NCBI GenBank assembly: GCA_002388005.1
Contig: DGLO01000047.1
Span: 45,390-109,389 of the forward strand
Source of the DNA: Candidatus Neomicrothrix sp. UBA4542
GTDB lineage: Bacteria > Actinomycetota > Acidimicrobiia > Acidimicrobiales > Poriferisodalaceae
Length of the DNA stretch: 64,000 nt
Reading direction: 5' to 3'
In this document: positions 38,290 through 46,391 of the stretch, piece by piece
Position numbering within the stretch: position 1 is the stretch's first letter
How the letters are laid out: the number at the start of each line of letters is the position of its first letter
Translations under genes and position numbers: made by a program
Notes under the pieces: model-generated
Databases searched by the model: none
What the model saw: only the letters and a program-made list of their open reading frames with translations
Told to the model about the DNA's origin: nothing

Positions 38290-38532
38290 TCAGTCTGCGG
38301 GAGCGCCGTAGGGGGTTTTGGCCTTCTTGTAGCACTTGGGATGATAGTGCTCGACCCGATCCCACTTGTTGCCGACATACACGTTGCAAATGACCTGCTC
38401 ATCGCGTATCCGAGCTCGAAACTTGATTAGTTCTTCACATACGGCGCAGTAGGCGGAATTGCCAGCGTCGACAGTACGGATGACCGCTCTGCTTCGCCAC
38501 TTCTTAGTTTTTGTTGCTGATTTGGCAGCCAC
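38290..38532 (-). CDS. Small basic protein (80 aa) with a CCHC (PARP-type-like) zinc-finger signature
   Basis: GTG start with AGGAG 7 nt upstream. Lys/Arg-rich N-terminal tail. C29-x2-C32 ...(31 aa)... H64-x2-C67 in the context EHYHPKCY. Confidence 0.6.
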   Translation of the reverse strand: MAAKSATKTKKWRSRAVIRTVDAGNSAYCAVCEELIKFRARIRDEQVICNVYVGNKWDRVEHYHPKCYKKAKTPYGAPAD

Positions 38533-38588
38533 TACTGAACTCCTGTCGGAAATATCACTTTAAGTGCTGTCGAGCAATCTAGTCACTA

Positions 38589-38734
38589 TTCGCGCGAAAT
38601 AGGTGGATATTCGCGCGCTTCGCGCGTCTTTCTCGCGCGAAGCGCGCGAACACATCAAAAGTTCGCGCTTTACGAAGGACGCCGCAGTCAGCTAATAATG
38701 ACCACCAGGCCATACTTCGCGCGTAGCGCGCGAT
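38589..38734. repeat. Cluster of TTCGCGCG / CGCGCGAA octamers, including a 10-bp palindrome and a 17-bp perfect inverted repeat
   Basis: Perfect TTCGCGCG at 38589, 38610, 38619 and 38716. Perfect CGCGCGAA at 38591, 38634 and 38643. Near-copies at 38662 and 38727. Confidence 0.9.
38610..38650 (-). terminator. Very stable hairpin (17-bp perfect GC-rich stem, 7-nt loop) downstream of ettA; terminator and/or operator candidate
   Basis: TTCGCGCGCTTCGCGCG-TCTTTCT-CGCGCGAAGCGCGCGAA, read directly. There is no U-tract on the minus-strand transcript. Confidence 0.5.
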
Positions 38735-40407
38735 TATCTGGCCAGTGGCTTGTATTTGATCGGTTTGGGACCGGCATCGTCGCCAAGTTCCTTCTGGCGG
38801 AAGGCCTCGTATTCGGAAAAGTTTCCTTCAAACCAACGGACCTGGCTGTCCCCCTCGAATGCGAGGACATGCGTAGCAACGCGATCGAGAAACCAACGGT
38901 CGTGACTAATCACCACGGCGCATCCGGGGAAAGCTTCTAGACCCGCTTCAAGAGCTCTAAGGGTGTCTACGTCTAGGTCATTGGTGGGCTCGTCAAGCAG
39001 CAGTACGTTGCCACCAGTCTTAAGAACCTTTGCGAGCTGAACCCGATTTCGTTCCCCTCCGGACAGATCTCCCACCTTCTTTTGCTGGTCCGGTCCTTTG
39101 AAATTGAACGATGCAACGTAGCTCCGACCGTTTACCTCTCTGTTGCCAACTTGAACTAGGTCCAACCCGTCGGTGATTTCCTCGTACACAGTTTGTTCAT
39201 CTCGGAGTTGGTCGCGAGACTGACTGACATAAGCCAGATCTACCGTCGTCCCAATCGTGATCTCCCCCGAATCCGGCTGTTCTTGCCCGGTAATCATTCG
39301 GAAAAGAGTTGTTTTCCCGGCCCCGTTGGCGCCAACAACACCCACGATCCCCGCTGGGGGCAGAATGAACGAAAGATTCTCTATTAGGAGGCGGTCACCG
39401 AAACCCTTTCCCACATTACTGAGCTCAATAACCTGGTCGCCCAGCCGCCGATTCATGGGAATACTCAGTTCAAGTTTCTCTTCGCTTTGCTCTGCCGACT
39501 GGTGGTCAGCGAGAAGCTGGTCGTAAGCAGCGAGTCGAGCCTTGCTCTTGGCTTGCCTGGCTCTAGGAGACAGTCGTACCCACTCGAGCTCCTGCGCCAG
39601 CGTCCTTTGACGAGCATTAGATTGACGGTCTTGTGAAGCTAGCCTGGCGTGTTTCTGTTCGAGCCAGCCGCTGTAGTTTCCTTCGTAAGGCAACGCATTC
39701 CCGTGGTCGAGTTCGAGAATCCAGCCAGCAACATTGTCTAAGAAGTAACGATCATGAGTTACTGACATGACGGTTCCGCTGTAGTCCTTCAGGAATCGCT
39801 CTAACCACGCAACGGATTCGGCGTCCAAATGGTTTGTGGGTTCATCCAGCAATAGGAGATCGGGATGAGATAGCAGCAGCCGGCATAACGCGACCCGACG
39901 TCTTTCGCCGCCTGAAAGCGTTGCAACGCTGGCGTCCCTATCAGGTACTCGAAGAGCATCCATTGCTATTTCGACTTGTCTTTCCAGATCCCACGCGTTT
40001 GTCGATTCAATTTGGTTTTCCAACTCGGCTTGCATAGTGCCAACTTGATCAAGATCCGCATCGGGGTCACCCCACATTGCTAAAACCTCGTTGTATCGCT
40101 CAATTAGGGCTTGGGTCTGGGCAACACCATCCATCACGTTCTCGTAGACATTTTTGGTGTCATCCAGAGTGGGTTCCTGAGCAAGAAGACCGACCGAGAA
40201 CCCCGGGGTTAGCCGAGCTTCACCGGTGAAGCCGTCGTCTAGGCCAGCCATGATTCGTAACACAGAGGACTTGCCCGCACCGTTGTGTCCAAGGACTCCA
40301 ATCTTTGCACCAGGATAAAACGCGAGAGTTACGTCTTTGAGCACTTCTCGGTCCGGGGGGTAAAACCTTCCGAGGTTGCGCATTGTGAAGATGAACTCAG
40401 TTGCCAT
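38734..40407 (-). CDS. ettA: Energy-dependent translational throttle protein EttA (ABC-F ATPase)
   Basis: Two ABC cassettes (GHNGAGKSS and GANGAGKTT; LSGGERRRVAL and LSGGERNRVQL). The N-terminus FTMRNLGRFYPPDREVLKDV is typical of EttA; 557 aa. Confidence 0.93.
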   Translation of the reverse strand: MATEFIFTMRNLGRFYPPDREVLKDVTLAFYPGAKIGVLGHNGAGKSSVLRIMAGLDDGFTGEARLTPGFSVGLLAQEPTLDDTKNVYENVMDGVAQTQALIERYNEVLAMWGDPDADLDQVGTMQAELENQIESTNAWDLERQVEIAMDALRVPDRDASVATLSGGERRRVALCRLLLSHPDLLLLDEPTNHLDAESVAWLERFLKDYSGTVMSVTHDRYFLDNVAGWILELDHGNALPYEGNYSGWLEQKHARLASQDRQSNARQRTLAQELEWVRLSPRARQAKSKARLAAYDQLLADHQSAEQSEEKLELSIPMNRRLGDQVIELSNVGKGFGDRLLIENLSFILPPAGIVGVVGANGAGKTTLFRMITGQEQPDSGEITIGTTVDLAYVSQSRDQLRDEQTVYEEITDGLDLVQVGNREVNGRSYVASFNFKGPDQQKKVGDLSGGERNRVQLAKVLKTGGNVLLLDEPTNDLDVDTLRALEAGLEAFPGCAVVISHDRWFLDRVATHVLAFEGDSQVRWFEGNFSEYEAFRQKELGDDAGPKPIKYKPLAR

Positions 40408-40468
40408 TTGCTCGTTTCACTTCGCTAGGAACCCCCGGAGCATAAGGGCCTGGTGTTCAAAGCCCCAC

Positions 40469-41143
40469 CTACGGCCGGCGCAACGAAAAGCCGACTACCT
40501 TTTCCAGATCATCTAGTGCTACCTCTGGGTCCACAACCTTGATAGCGACCATGCCCAAGCCCGCCGCCGGTTTGCAATTGATACCTAAATCATCAAGGTA
40601 CGCGCAGTTTCGTGGATCGACACCCAGCCTTGAACATGCCATTTCATAAATCCGGACATCTGGCTTACGAAGCCCGACCTTTGCCGATTCGACCACCACC
40701 TCAAACATTTCCATGATTTGAGCGATAGACGCAGCCTGCTCCGAAGTCCGAGACATGCCAGCACCGTGACCGGATTTCATATTGTTAGTGATGCAGCCGA
40801 TGCGGACTCTTTTTCGGAGAATCTCGAGTGCACGAACCATTTGAGGCCTGATGCTTCCACTCAGACACTGAAGCACCCTCCGCCCAGAAAGGCCCAACCC
40901 TAAATCTGCGGCTTCGGCCTCGAATAGTTCGCAGAACTCTGAAACGCTGACTTCGCTTCTCTCCATTTTCGCCCAAGCGTTGTTATCCGGGTTGCTCGCG
41001 TTGATCCGTCGGATGGAATCAGGTGGAACGCCCACCTCGCTCTCATATCGAGTAAACGCCTCGAAGGGACTCGTCGTGACCACTCCGCCAAAGTCAAACA
41101 GCACAGCGTCGATGAAAGATTCTTGCCTCACCAGCGGCGACAC
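40469..41143 (-). CDS. HAD-superfamily hydrolase (paralogue type of 15829..16476)
   Basis: Motif I AVLFDFGGVV, ITNN, and YLDDLGIN. Confidence 0.8.
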   Translation of the reverse strand: MSPLVRQESFIDAVLFDFGGVVTTSPFEAFTRYESEVGVPPDSIRRINASNPDNNAWAKMERSEVSVSEFCELFEAEAADLGLGLSGRRVLQCLSGSIRPQMVRALEILRKRVRIGCITNNMKSGHGAGMSRTSEQAASIAQIMEMFEVVVESAKVGLRKPDVRIYEMACSRLGVDPRNCAYLDDLGINCKPAAGLGMVAIKVVDPEVALDDLEKVVGFSLRRP

Positions 41144-41165
41144 TAGCGGGCGCTAGATTCGCAAT

Positions 41166-41939
41166 GTGCGAATCGCCACATGGAATGTAAACAGCCTCAA
41201 CGCACGCTCGGAACGAGTCGACGAATGGCTCGACTACGCGGGTCCTGATGTGCTCCTGCTGCAAGAGACGAAAATGTCTGACGAACAATTCCCCTACGAC
41301 CACTACGCGGGTAAGGGGTATGAAAGCGTTCACTGCGGCGAAGGCAGATGGAATGGCGTCGCCGTGCTTTCCCGGGTTGGTCTGGAGGATCCTTACTCCG
41401 GCTTCGCAGATGGAGGAAATGTCGATCCAGAGGCCAGAATCATTTCGGCGACATGCGGTGGGGTGCGTGTGTCTTCGGTCTACGTGCCCAATGGTCGAGC
41501 TGTTGACGACGATCATTACTTGTACAAGTTGTCGTGGCTAGCGCGCCTAAGAGCGCATCTGGAAGCGTGTTGCGATGCCGACGAGTTGGTGTTGATCGGC
41601 GGTGACTACAACATATGTCCAGATGACCGCGACGTATGGGATCCGGGCAATCCACAGCCGCGCACCCACGTGACCTCAGAAGAACGATCCGCTCTAGAGA
41701 AATTGGAGCAGTGGGGGCTCGTCGATGTATTTAGGCACTTCTACCAAGACGAGGGGCTCTACTCATGGTGGGATTATCGAGACGGCGCCTTTCACAAAAA
41801 GATGGGTCTGCGTATCGATCTATTAATGGCGACTCAGGCACTGGTGCAGCGAGCGACCTTCTGTCTTGTTGATCGGACGGCTCGAAAGGGAACAAAACCT
41901 TCAGATCACGCACCGGTTTTCGTCGATATCGAAGATTGA
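41166..41939 (+). CDS. xthA: Exodeoxyribonuclease III (AP endonuclease)
   Basis: (M)RIATWNVNSLNAR, LLLQETK, and the C-terminal SDHAPV motif. GTG start. Confidence 0.93.
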   Translation: MRIATWNVNSLNARSERVDEWLDYAGPDVLLLQETKMSDEQFPYDHYAGKGYESVHCGEGRWNGVAVLSRVGLEDPYSGFADGGNVDPEARIISATCGGVRVSSVYVPNGRAVDDDHYLYKLSWLARLRAHLEACCDADELVLIGGDYNICPDDRDVWDPGNPQPRTHVTSEERSALEKLEQWGLVDVFRHFYQDEGLYSWWDYRDGAFHKKMGLRIDLLMATQALVQRATFCLVDRTARKGTKPSDHAPVFVDIED

Positions 41940-42098
41940 TCATCAGATGGCGACTTATTGATCTGTCTCCAAGACGGATCGACTGACCTCATTTCGTGTT
42001 CGAACAGAGACCTCGATAACTCGCTTCGAGAATTAATGAGCCGATTACTTGGACCACCAAAGATGCGTCTCTCCAGGAGTTCAGCGGGTAGATATCCC

Positions 42099-44048
42099 TT
42101 AGGGTGAAGCGATTGCCGCCAAAATCTCTGGTCCTATCCGATCAAGGCGCGGTTTGCTCATACCGGTAGTCGCTTCCAACTCCGAAATAGTCGCCGGAGC
42201 AGCTTGCGCTACTCGCGCGATCAAATGATCGGGCAACAGCGCAGATGGATCAATCCGTCGGGCTTGGGCAGTGGTGTTGATCCAATCTCTCAAGCGGCGT
42301 TCGCGAACCGTCGCTGCAGTGTCAAAATCCGTTCGGAGATTCTGTCGCGCTTCAGCCAAGTGCCTTGCGGCTTGTTTCGCTGAGGGTGGTTTTGACTCTT
42401 GATCAGTTGTCTTGATGAGTTGAAGCCACGGAGAAGGCTTGCGGCTTTCTAATCGATCACCCTTATGTCGTGCCCGCGCCCACGTCAGATGGAGCCGCTG
42501 TTGAGCACGAGAAACTGCTACGTAGAACAGGCGGCGCTCTTCTGGATCATCGGATTGAATCGGGACTAACCCTTCTTCGACCCCAGCAATGATTACGCAT
42601 GGCCATTCAAGACCCTTCGCTGCATGAAAGGTGACGAGGTCGACGCCATCCTCTCCCACGTCAAGATCATCCGGACGCAGTGTGCGAAGCCAGTCACGAA
42701 AGCCCGATCCGTCAATATGGACGTTTTCACTGGCGTACTGAACGGCGAGTTCCGCGACACGGTTCTGAGGGCCGTAGTCGTACTCGTCAAATAAGTCGGC
42801 GGCTAAGGTCGCAAATTCGGTTCTAGCGCTGCATAGGCGAGCGATCACATCTTGAACTTCGGGAAGCTTAAGCACGCCTCCTTGACCTCGGAGGCGGTGT
42901 GGCACCTGGAACTTATTAAGGGCACCAGCGATGACATGAAGTTGCTCGTTTGTGCGAGCCAACACGGCGTGGCGCGACCAGCGTGTTTCAGGAAGGCGTG
43001 CATCCCGTAGATATCGCGAAATGCCAACCGCCTCTTCCCACTCGTCACTGAAGTTTGACGTAGTAGGAAACTGTTCTCCTGCCACGTCGAGATGAGATTC
43101 CGTTGAGTTCCGGCCGAGAACAGCGTTGGCCGCATGGATGATCTGGGGCTGACTTCGATGATTCGTTGTAAGTACCTCCGTTCCGGCGGAAGGAAAGTCT
43201 TCGCAGAAATTCAGTAGATGGCCCGCGTCGGCGCCGTTCCAACCGTAAATTGCTTGATCCGGGTCACCGACCACGCATAGATCTGTCCGTTGGCCAATCC
43301 AAGCTCGTAGGAGATTGAATTGGGTCTCATTGAGGTCCTGATATTCGTCGACGAATAGGTGCCGGAAGATCCAATGCTGAGCGTCGCGAAACGCCTCATC
43401 ACTTCTCAAGAGATCGGTACATTCCACCAAGATGTCGTCAAAGTCCAAAAGGCCGCGGCGGCTCTTGTACGTCACATACGACTTATACAGTTCCGCGACG
43501 CGGGCAGCTTGAGTGACCCCGACTCGTCGACCGCCCGGCCCGTTCCTGTATTCATCAGGAGTCAACGCTTGAGAACAAGCCCAATCGATTTCCGTCGTTG
43601 CCTGTTTCAGTTGAATATTCTGAAAATCGCCGATCAATTCCTTCAGTACCGGTTGCCGTCCGGACAAAACAACTGGCGCCCGTTTGCCACGATCAGATCG
43701 GTACTGGCGGATTTGGGCCAACGCGACCGCATGGAACGTGCCAACCGCCCCCAGGTCGCGGATACCCATTTGATTAAGCCGTGACCTCAACTGGTTGGCC
43801 GCTCGACGAGTGAAGGTAAGAGCAAGGACGCGGCGCTCGTCAGCGCTTCCATCGGCGACACGGCGAGCTATTCGATTCGTGAGAACCCGAGTCTTCCCAG
43901 AACCGGGTCCGGCGAGAATCCGGAGCGGTGCATCATCTGAATTGACTGCTCGCTGTTGCTCAGGGTCCAATTGATCAAATCCGGGGTCTGGAGCGCGCGA
44001 GGTGACCGCGAGACAGTCCCGATCCTCGGTCTCCTTTGACGCACCCAT
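42099..44048 (-). CDS. UvrD/PcrA-family SF1 DNA helicase with a C-terminal HRDC-like domain (UvrD2-like)
   Basis: Motif I ILAGPGSGKT, motif II FVDEYQD, VTFHAAKGLEWP, and YVAVSRA. The C-terminal ~80 aa has an HRDC-like pattern. The ATG at 44048 is preferred; the ORF is open to 44102. Confidence 0.85.
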   Translation of the reverse strand: MGASKETEDRDCLAVTSRAPDPGFDQLDPEQQRAVNSDDAPLRILAGPGSGKTRVLTNRIARRVADGSADERRVLALTFTRRAANQLRSRLNQMGIRDLGAVGTFHAVALAQIRQYRSDRGKRAPVVLSGRQPVLKELIGDFQNIQLKQATTEIDWACSQALTPDEYRNGPGGRRVGVTQAARVAELYKSYVTYKSRRGLLDFDDILVECTDLLRSDEAFRDAQHWIFRHLFVDEYQDLNETQFNLLRAWIGQRTDLCVVGDPDQAIYGWNGADAGHLLNFCEDFPSAGTEVLTTNHRSQPQIIHAANAVLGRNSTESHLDVAGEQFPTTSNFSDEWEEAVGISRYLRDARLPETRWSRHAVLARTNEQLHVIAGALNKFQVPHRLRGQGGVLKLPEVQDVIARLCSARTEFATLAADLFDEYDYGPQNRVAELAVQYASENVHIDGSGFRDWLRTLRPDDLDVGEDGVDLVTFHAAKGLEWPCVIIAGVEEGLVPIQSDDPEERRLFYVAVSRAQQRLHLTWARARHKGDRLESRKPSPWLQLIKTTDQESKPPSAKQAARHLAEARQNLRTDFDTAATVRERRLRDWINTTAQARRIDPSALLPDHLIARVAQAAPATISELEATTGMSKPRLDRIGPEILAAIASP

Positions 44049-44105
44049 TTGGCCGACGCTACCGCCTAGGTGGGACCGCAGGCTCCTTGCCTCTACTCTC
44101 AACCT

Positions 44106-44804
44106 ATGAGGTCCCCGCTTCGAGTAGTGAGTTTGGTGCCCAGCGTGACCGAAACGTTGCTTTCGTGGGGTATTGAACCGGTTGCATGTACACGATTCTG
44201 TGAACAGCCAAACATTAACAACGTGGGAGGCCCGAAGGACCCTGACCTTGACGCCATTGAGGGCCTAAACCCAGATCTCGTAGTCGTAGATTGTGAGGAA
44301 AATCGTCTAGAGGACTATCAATCGCTAATAGGTCGAGGCGTCGATGTGGAGGCGTTACATGTGGTGTGTATCGGCGACGTCGATCCCGAGATGCGGCGCC
44401 TGGCAACGCGTCTCGGAGTTGATTGGTCGCAGGCACTCAGCCCACAGCGCGCCCGTCGCGACGTAAAGGCGTTCGTCCCTATATGGCGGCGACCATGGAT
44501 GACCATTGGTGCCGATACCTATGGGGCTTCACTCCTGAGTCATCTTGGGATTGACGTGCTCTTTTCTGATATGGATGATCCTTATCCGACAATCGGCGAG
44601 CAACAATTAGCCGACACTGAAATCGATGTTGTGTTGGCTCCGACCGAGCCATACCCGTTTAGCGAACGACACATAGGCATGCTGAAATCCATTGCCCCTG
44701 CAGTACTCGTCGACGGTCAAGATCTTTTTTGGTGGGGAACAAGGACATCAGCCGCAATCGACCGACTTGACCAACACTTGACAGCCGCGATCGATGGAGG
44801 TTGA
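44106..44804 (+). CDS. TroA/BtuF-like 'helical backbone metal receptor' periplasmic-binding-fold protein, no signal peptide
   Basis: RVVSLVPSVTETLLSWG and NPDLVVV, typical of the cobalamin/siderophore-binding fold. The ATG at 44106 was chosen; the track ORF starts at 44070. Confidence 0.7.
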   Translation: MRSPLRVVSLVPSVTETLLSWGIEPVACTRFCEQPNINNVGGPKDPDLDAIEGLNPDLVVVDCEENRLEDYQSLIGRGVDVEALHVVCIGDVDPEMRRLATRLGVDWSQALSPQRARRDVKAFVPIWRRPWMTIGADTYGASLLSHLGIDVLFSDMDDPYPTIGEQQLADTEIDVVLAPTEPYPFSERHIGMLKSIAPAVLVDGQDLFWWGTRTSAAIDRLDQHLTAAIDGG

Positions 44805-45703
44805 TGATGTCGGCACAATATTCCGGAACGGCACTAAATGGCGATGTTGAACTGCAATTTGACGCCCATGGTGACGATTCAGATCCACCAGTTTTGTTCA
44901 TCAATGGTTTGGGAAGCCAATCAATCAACTTTCTCCCCGAGTGGGTTCACCGCTTTTGTGAGGCAGGCTTTTACGTCATTCGTATGGACAACCGCGATGT
45001 CGGGCTGTCGTCGAAAACGTCGGGAGAGCCCCCGAGTATCGAGCGAGTTTTTGAGCAATGGGCAGAAACTCGTGCTCTTGACGAGTTTGATGCACCCTAC
45101 GACCTGTCTGACATGGCCACGGACTGTCTCGCGGTATTAGATGCCTTGCAGATAGAGCGAACACACATATGGGGAATGTCGATGGGTGGAATGATCGCTC
45201 AAACCCTCGCTATCGAACACGCCGATCGACTGCTTTCAATGACGACAGTGATGTCAACCACGGGCGAAATTGGGGTTGGTCGGTCGACCCCCGAAGCCAC
45301 CACTGCATTGGCGCCGGCTGGGGAAGACCGAGCTGCTGTCGTGGAGAACGCGGTCTCAGCGCGACGGCTCCATGGCGGAGCCTTATTCGACGAGGAGTGG
45401 GCGGTTTCGCTGGAGGAAGCGGCCTATGACCGATGCCACCACCCTCAGGGTCGTGTGTGGCAAGTATTAGCTGTTTTGGCTTCCGGTTCGCGCGCCGAAC
45501 AGCTTCCCTCGGTCACCCTACCCACTATGGTCATTCATGGCAGGATGGACCCTCTGATCCAATTGGATGGAGGTGAAGCCACAGCGGCGCTGATACCGGG
45601 AGCTGAACTGGTCGTCTACGAACAGATGGGTCATGACACGCCCGAACCATTGTGGGACCACTACGTGGCTGACTTACAACGATTGGCGGACCGAGCACAG
45701 TGA
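44801..45703 (+). CDS. Alpha/beta hydrolase
   Basis: Nucleophile elbow GMSMGG, oxyanion region VLFINGLG, and C-terminal GHD. Start cluster TTG/ATG/ATG at 44801-44807 after GGAGG. Confidence 0.85.
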   Translation: MMMSAQYSGTALNGDVELQFDAHGDDSDPPVLFINGLGSQSINFLPEWVHRFCEAGFYVIRMDNRDVGLSSKTSGEPPSIERVFEQWAETRALDEFDAPYDLSDMATDCLAVLDALQIERTHIWGMSMGGMIAQTLAIEHADRLLSMTTVMSTTGEIGVGRSTPEATTALAPAGEDRAAVVENAVSARRLHGGALFDEEWAVSLEEAAYDRCHHPQGRVWQVLAVLASGSRAEQLPSVTLPTMVIHGRMDPLIQLDGGEATAALIPGAELVVYEQMGHDTPEPLWDHYVADLQRLADRAQ

Positions 45704-46320
45704 ATAACGAAGAGATCATCAGGGATCTCGACCAGCTCGAAGCCCTGTACGACGACGCAACGCCGAGATCAATCACAAAAGAAATCGGCTACCTCAATTC
45801 CGAATATCGAAACTTCGTTGAAGCGGCGCGCTTTATGGCGGTAGCAACCGTGGGGGACGAAGGCCTGGACTGTTCCCCCCGAGGCGAACAAGACAGCGTT
45901 GTCCGAGTGGTAAACGAAACAACCATCCAGTTCGCGGATAGAAGAGGTAACAATCGCCTCGACACCTTGCGAAACATCATTCGGGACAACCGTATCGGCC
46001 TCTTGTTCTTGGTTCCGGGGGTATCGGAAACGATGCGAATAAATGGCCGAGCAAGAATTTCGATTGACCCAGAGTTGCTGGCTGCCTTTGCTGTTCAAGA
46101 CAAGACACCCAAAACGGTCGTAGAGGTCACTATCGAGCAGGCATATTTCCAATGCTCGAAGGCTCTAGTCCGGTCGGGTCTTTGGGATCCGGAAAATCAA
46201 ACAGGCAGAGCCGAAGTGCCAACCGCCGGACAGATGTTGGAAGCCACTGCAGGCGACGACTTCGATTCAGACAGATACGACGCGGCGCTACAAAAGCAGC
46301 GCCTCGATGAACTTTGGTAA
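45700..46320 (+). CDS. PPOX-class (pyridoxamine-5'-phosphate-oxidase-like) FMN-binding flavoprotein
   Basis: The pattern FMAVATVGDEGLDCSPRGE...RGNNRLDTLRNI..N..IGLLFLVPG..ETMRINGRA matches the actinobacterial PPOX-type family. Overlaps the upstream gene by 4 nt. Confidence 0.8.
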   Translation: MNNEEIIRDLDQLEALYDDATPRSITKEIGYLNSEYRNFVEAARFMAVATVGDEGLDCSPRGEQDSVVRVVNETTIQFADRRGNNRLDTLRNIIRDNRIGLLFLVPGVSETMRINGRARISIDPELLAAFAVQDKTPKTVVEVTIEQAYFQCSKALVRSGLWDPENQTGRAEVPTAGQMLEATAGDDFDSDRYDAALQKQRLDELW

Positions 46321-46391
46321 GTCCGCAAGTCACCCGATACGAAGCTTTATCGAGGTACTAGGTTGATCTTGATCTATAGAAGGAGAGTCGG

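Noticed and set aside
38586-38734. Possibility that the TTCGCGCG repeat cluster is a CRISPR array or a transposon terminal inverted repeat
   Set aside because: The repeat unit is only 8-17 bp, with no regular ~30-bp spacers, and there are no cas genes. No transposase, target-site duplication or second distant copy of the inverted repeat bounds any element.
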